From NCBI GenBank assembly GCA_010093815.1, contig ML996577.1: DNA of 64,000 nt. The stretch is one strand, 5' to 3'. The notes beneath the pieces are model-generated. The model was not told the DNA's origin, made no database searches, and saw only the letters and a program-made list of their open reading frames with translations. The DNA comes from Pseudovirgaria hyperparasitica (taxonomy: Eukaryota). Both the position numbers and the translations under genes were made by a program. This document shows positions 58,533 through 64,000 of the stretch, piece after piece; position 1 is the stretch's first letter, and the number at the start of each line of letters is the position of its first letter.

Positions 58533-59883
58533 CTATAGTTTGCTCTCGCTTTTACGTCCTCCGAACCCAAACAGATATGCCGCAATTTTCCTCATTTGAA
58601 TCTCTTCGCTGCCCTCCGTGATACGATACCTACGATGGTGCCTCCAGATGTGCTCAAACGGCTTGTGTCTGCTATATCCATTCCCGCCATGCACCTGAAT
58701 TGCCCTGTCCGCTGCTTCGGTGCATAACCTATTCGCCCAGTAGTTGCACATCGACACTTTATCCCCTAGCCTCTTCTCCACTTCGACGTGATCCATCGAG
58801 TCCATAAGTGCTGCTGTTTGCCTGATTAGCAAACGCAACATGGAAGCTTGCGTGTGTAGTTCGACGAGTGGAAATTGGATGCCTTGGTTGTGGGAGAGCG
58901 GCGTGCCAAATGGCTTGCGTTGGTTTGCGTATGCGACTGATTCGTTGATGCAGTATACGGCCGCACCGAGTGAAGAAGCTGCTTGTCGGATACGATTCTC
59001 GTGTACGAAGGCCTGCGCGACTGCGAGGCCATTATCAAGAGGACCCATCACTGCGGTCGAAGGCACCCAGACGTTGTCGAGAGTAATCGTTGCGTGATCG
59101 GTAGGCATGTTGAGTGTCCTGCTATGGTCAACATGACGTTCCAATCCCTGCTGCTCATTCCACTGACCACTCAAAGCTATCCACCTTCAAACCTGTCGTA
59201 TCTCTCGGAACGACAAAACAACTGATCCCTTTTGCCTGTCCATCTTGACCACTCGTCCTTGCGAAGATGAAACAATGCGTGGCAACATGCATACCTGTCT
59301 GCCACCTCTTTCCACCATTTATCCTCCACCCGGCAACCCCGTTCCTGATCTCCTTCACTGCTTTTGTTTCCATATGCGTCGCATCACTGCCATGATCCAA
59401 CTCCGTTAACCCGAACGTAATCCTGACTTGCCCTTTCAACCGCCCTTGGATCAACTCCTTCTTCTGCTCCTCCGACCCAAAATGCTGCACCATGACCACA
59501 TCTGGAAAGTTTCCTACGATACTATGCTCATTCTGCAGGTCATTGAACAGTCCTAGGCCTTTGGATGCCAGATGCTCGCGGATGACAGCCATCCACAGAT
59601 TTGCACCACGTGCGGAAGATATGTTTTGTCCGCCATACTGCTCAGGCAGCGAGAAGCGAAAGAAGCCAGCTTCATCAGCTAAACGGCGAGCTTCGCCCAG
59701 CAGTGCTTCCCAGTCGTGGCGTGGGAGGCCACCGGCGTCCCAGTCAGTGCGGGCGTGTTCACGGCGGTGATCGAAGAAGCGGTTGTTGTCGTCCCTGGCT
59801 TGAAGTGGTGCAATTTCGGAGTCGATGAAAGTGTCGATGTCTTTAAGGTATTGTATCAATTCTGGAGGAAGGGAGAAATCCAT
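58533..59883 (-). CDS. Acyl-CoA dehydrogenase with C-terminal peroxisomal signal (SKL), 2 exons
   Basis: Exons 59883-59168 and 59118-58533. Motifs FGLTELDHGSDA, WRINGGKRWQT, RKPFG, AIQVHGGNGYS and RITEGSEEIQ. The protein ends -SKL. Confidence 0.93.
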
Positions 59884-60517
59884 GATTGCAGGCTGGCGTA
59901 ATTAAGACGGAACCTTCATGGGTAATTAAACCGAGTGTAGAAGTCAATCGGCGAGGTATTAGCTTATTTCGTTGTGCCGTAATCCCAAATGATGTCCGTA
60001 CATTCTTACACTCTGCCTTGGCTGACATAAATAATTGTATACTGAACCTTAGAGTCGAAACCGTCCTTGCTCAGGTTTTAATATAGTTGATGATTGATCT
60101 CTAGCTCCGCATCCTCACACGGCCAGGATACAGGAGCGGGGAAGCGAGGTAGCGGCTACTGATCCTCGGTCAACGCCATGGGGCAAAATATTGAACGCTT
60201 CATCAAACAATTCATGAGCGACGGTGCTACATGACGTTGGCACCTGTGCTGAGTTGCATAGCAATCAGCCTAGGGATGAAGTGCGACTCTGGAGCAAAAG
60301 CCTATCAATAAGAAAGCCACTGACATAAATAGGAAATCAGATGCTTTTTATACATTTTAATTGTACATACACGTGTTATATTTTTGTTATTGCCTTGGTG
60401 CTTTTCCAGACCCTGAACTCCTGTCGCTGTGCAATTCAATGGGTATCGTATAATGACAGGGCGGCGAGCGGACAGCAGCCCTGCCCAGTAAAAGAAGAGA
60501 AATTGTCGAACAATTAT

Positions 60518-62581
60518 CTAAGCATCCTCGTCGGTAGGCCTGAGATAAGGCATTTGGTAGTCCCGGAGTACTGCTACCAAATCATCCTGTCGAGAAAGCT
60601 GAGCCAAAAGCTGCTCTTCGGTTTCCATCCACGAGCGTAGCGCATTTTTTTCGATAATTGTGAGTAAATCGTCCTCGTGTCCCACAACATCACTTCGTTC
60701 GGCTTTGTCAATTACCGGCTGTACGACAGACTTCTCGGACTTGATCCGCTGAAGGATGCGGCTCATGCTCTTGTATACGTCGGTCAAGATCAGTTGCCTG
60801 CAGCGATCCTCATCGAAGAACCACAGATAGAGAGTACGGCTTGGCTGGCGCGAATTGTCCTTCGGTATCTCTTGATTCTCGACGTATCCAGCTCCTTGCA
60901 TTTGGCCAAGAGTGCTGCGTAGCTCCCTTGTGCGTAACAATGCGTAGGTGGAGATTTGCTTTTCATCAAGCTTTCCTTTGTCTTTCATAATTCGCATTGC
61001 CATAGCAGCGTAGTCCCCAAACTTGTCCTTAATGGTGGTCTCGATATCATGTGACAGAAGCTGTTGTGTGAGAGACCGATAGTTAACTTTCCATTTGCCG
61101 CGGCCGACATTGGTGATGAAATGTCGTGGATCAGCGGCAAGCAGTTCCAGCTGCTGTTCAATAGATTGAGCCCGTCTTTGCTCATCTGTAAGGTTCTGCT
61201 CTGCTTCCCTTTCCGCTTCTCTTGCTGCTTCACTTCCTTCCCCATCATGGCTACGATGATGTCCATTGACTCCATTCGCCCTCTCTGCCTCACGCTTTTT
61301 CGGCTTTCCTAAAGACAGATCCATCTTCTCTTTCGCCAATGCATTCATGATGGCACCCGTATTGACGTACGGAGCACGTTCCATCTCATCGTCTTGAGAG
61401 ACTGCCAAAGAAAGCTCATCTCGACACCGCATGACATTATCTTCTAAACATCTCAGAAGCGCTTCGTATACTTTCGCAGTGGCAGAACCAATATATCGTG
61501 TCGCGAACTCGACCAGACGTTGATTGCGCATAGCGACTTCGCATTTCTCTATGTTGATACGGAAAGCAGTCTCGTCCTGTCGATCTATTAATTATGGTCA
61601 GGCAATTGGGGCTCCTTAACTCACATCGAACAGGCTAGGGGCATCTGCCTGCTCATCATCGCTATCACTCATGGCGGCGATTGCTCGATTGCCATTGACT
61701 CTTCTTTTCTTGCGGGCTGGTGCATCTCCGTCGTTGAGGAGTGACTCTAAATTTTGCAAATTAAGCTTTCCACTCTTTTTTTGGGCGCGACCCTCCCCGT
61801 CCCTCCACTTTCGCTTCAAGTCGTTTACTTTTATTTTACGGTCATTATCCTTCTTAGAATCCTTCGGATGCTCCTTCAACCAGTCAGACCGTACAATGCG
61901 CTCGGCTTCATTGTGTAGATCTTCAGGTGGCGTGAAGTGTTTCTCGTCAACGCGAATAATATACCCGCCCTGCTCAAGTTCGCGGATTTTCGAGTGCAGT
62001 TGCGCATTAGTCTGGATAAGGTCTTCCTCGGCAAAGGCAGGAGTATGCCCGTTGGCTGTGTTGCGCTTCTTCTTTTGAACTCCGTAAGCCTCTGCCATAT
62101 CCTTGACTCTGACGTGTCCCAGAAGGAGTAGATTTGTCGCTATGCCGCCACTGGCTTCGCCATATCGGTCTTCGATGATCTGCACGATCTTGCCCGAACG
62201 GACGAGACCATAAGCATGTTGCCAATTGGCTTCGTAGAAAGTTATGTCGTCATCTTCTGGTGTGTAATGGAGAATGAGGTGCTGTTGTATCAGTACAGCC
62301 AGACCATGCTTCAGATGGCGGACCGTAAGGCTTGAATATTTCAGTAATCCTTGTAAAGACAGCCGTCCGTAATGTATAAGGATTGCGAATACGCGCTACA
62401 AGTACATGTTAGCTGCAAATGCCCTTTACACGAAGGTAGTACACATAAAGCACGTACCGAGCATAGTTCACCATAGAGGTCGTCGACTAGCAGTGTGCAG
62501 AGCTCCGAAAGAGGCTATTGCGCGTGTCAGTATAGGTGGCTTTCACAGAAATGGAAGTTGAGGCTGCAGTACCTGAGACAT
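60518..62581 (-). CDS. RPC82: RNA polymerase III subunit RPC3/Rpc82 (POLR3C), 4 exons
   Basis: Exons 62581-62573, 62514-62458, 62395-61625 and 61576-60518 give MSQPLSELCTLLVDDLYGELCSRVF...GRL...GLAVLIQQHL. The C-terminal part has KGKLDEKQI...QEIPKDNSRQPSRTLYLWFFD. Confidence 0.92.
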
Positions 62582-62882
62582 AATGTTTCTGAAGACTGGA
62601 AGAGCTCTCCAGAAGCTCTGATATGCTACCGGAACATTTAGGATTTGCTTGAGGCCGATACGGAGAAGAATGTGGTGTGTTGGCTGAATGAATTCATGTC
62701 AAAGAAAAGCTGTGGATAGTGGGCGCGGGGCCAATAGAAGACGCGCAGTTCGTGTGACTAAGGACTTGCCAAGCGGTTTCAACGGCATCACTTCACGACG
62801 TCTGATTCTTCTCTTCCGAACGGACCGCTATCAATTGCACCACCAACCCGCTCTCATCCCGTTTATCGGCGCCGAATCGAAG
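62582..62882. promoter_or_regulatory. Short bidirectional promoter region between RPC82 and QCR2
   Basis: The divergent start codons are only 301 nt apart, and CCAAT lies at 62731-62735. Confidence 0.6.
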
Positions 62883-64000
62883 ATGCTATCGCGCCAATCT
62901 CTCGGTCGGGGCGCTCAGCGCGTCATTAAGCGACAATGCTGTGTCCAGCTCGGACGTAGAGGTCTGGCTACGCCAGCTTCGGGATCATTTCAATATCAAA
63001 CCGGAGAGGCCAACGGCGTCAAATTTGCCAGCAGAGATCTCCCAGGCCCGACTGCGACGCTTGCCCTGGTCTCGAAGACTGGTACTAGATTTGAGCCAGC
63101 TCCCGGGTTGACCGAGGCACTCGAGAAGTTTGCATTTACCGTAAGGAAGTCTCATCACAATGTATCTCAAAAGAATGTATTCTGATAATCATTATTAATG
63201 TCAGGCGACCGAGCGAAGGTCTACTTTACGAATCGTTCGCGAATCTGAGCTTCTTGGCGGCGAGATCTCCGCAAACCACTCCCGCGAGAATCTCGTCCTC
63301 GGAGCCAAGTTTCTCAGAGATGACCTCCCTTACTACGTCGAGCTCCTTGCCGAAGTCGCGTACCGCACAAAATATGAGAGTACGTTACACTACAAGAACA
63401 GAATGATGGATATCTGACCAAGGATTGCAGACTACATTCTGAATGAGGAGGTCATCCCGACCATCCAGAAGGCCCATAAAAAGTTTCTCGCAAACGTTTC
63501 CGAACTGGCAATCAACTCTGCGCATGGAGTTGCTTTCCACCGTGGCCTCGGTGTCCCACTGTATCCAGCTTCGTCTACCCCAACATCGAAATATATCACC
63601 TTAGAAAACGTCCAAAACTTTGCAAACTCGGCATTCTCAAAACCCAACTTCGCTATAGTAGCAAATGGAGCTGATCAATCTGAACTGTCGAAATGGGTTG
63701 GCGAGTTCTTCTCAGACATTCCCGCTTCAGGCAAGGCTATCGAAAGCCAGCAGCAGAAATACTATGGTGGCGAGGAGCGTATTGCTCATGGTTCGGGCAG
63801 TGCTATGGTCATCGCATTTTCGGGATCAAGCTCCCCAACCGGAGGCTTCTACAAGCCCGAAATTCAAGTCCTCGCTTCAATCCTGGGTGGCAAGTCCAGC
63901 ATTAAATGGTCATCTGGTTTCTCGGTCCTCGGCAAACAATCTGCATCGAGCCCAGGCCTAAGCGTAGACACCAAGAGCCTTATATACTCGGATGCTGGTT
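62883..64000 (+). CDS. QCR2: Cytochrome bc1 complex core subunit 2, mitochondrial, 3'-truncated
   Basis: Exons 62883-63140, 63205-63379 and 63431-end. Arg-rich presequence MLSRQSLGRGAQR...RRGLA, then RSTLRIVRESELLGG, HSRENLVLGAKFLRDDLPYYVELL, AHGVAFHRGLG, YYGGEERIAH and LGGKSSIKWS. Confidence 0.95.

Noticed and set aside
1..64000. CRISPR arrays, tRNAs, intact transposons and TGA-CTA readthrough signals
   Set aside because: None seen by eye. tRNAscan-SE and RepeatMasker would be needed to exclude degenerate copies.

Overview
Eukaryotic genomic DNA from a filamentous ascomycete (Pezizomycotina; Dothideomycete-like is my inference). It has short spliceosomal introns with CTRAY branch points. 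I can support 14 protein-coding genes: a CTL/PNS1-family transporter (5'-truncated), an RTA1-like protein, TRAPPII subunit Trs130, an F-box-like/DUF protein, the velvet regulator VeA, an AA9 lytic polysaccharide monooxygenase, a Puf4-type Pumilio protein, Pol III subunit RPC2, an SR/RGG-rich protein, SF3B2, an aldo-keto reductase, a plasma-membrane H+-ATPase, a peroxisomal acyl-CoA dehydrogenase and Pol III subunit RPC82. Qcr2 is a fifteenth, 3'-truncated gene. One dispersed, divergent but structurally intact 5S rRNA gene is present. Exon boundaries were read by eye. The least explained DNA is the gene-poor flank on each side of veA (about 5.7 kb downstream, about 10 kb upstream). Each flank holds a degenerate fold-back element (about 12.0-12.4 kb and about 23.6-24.5 kb), and the two share short motifs. 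Other oddities are recurrent C-rich to G-rich strand-skew switches, frame-preserving stop-free introns in two adjacent splicing-related genes, two GC-AG introns and a 21-nt microexon. I found no CRISPR array, tRNA or intact transposon. No new system is proven here; the leads are hypotheses.
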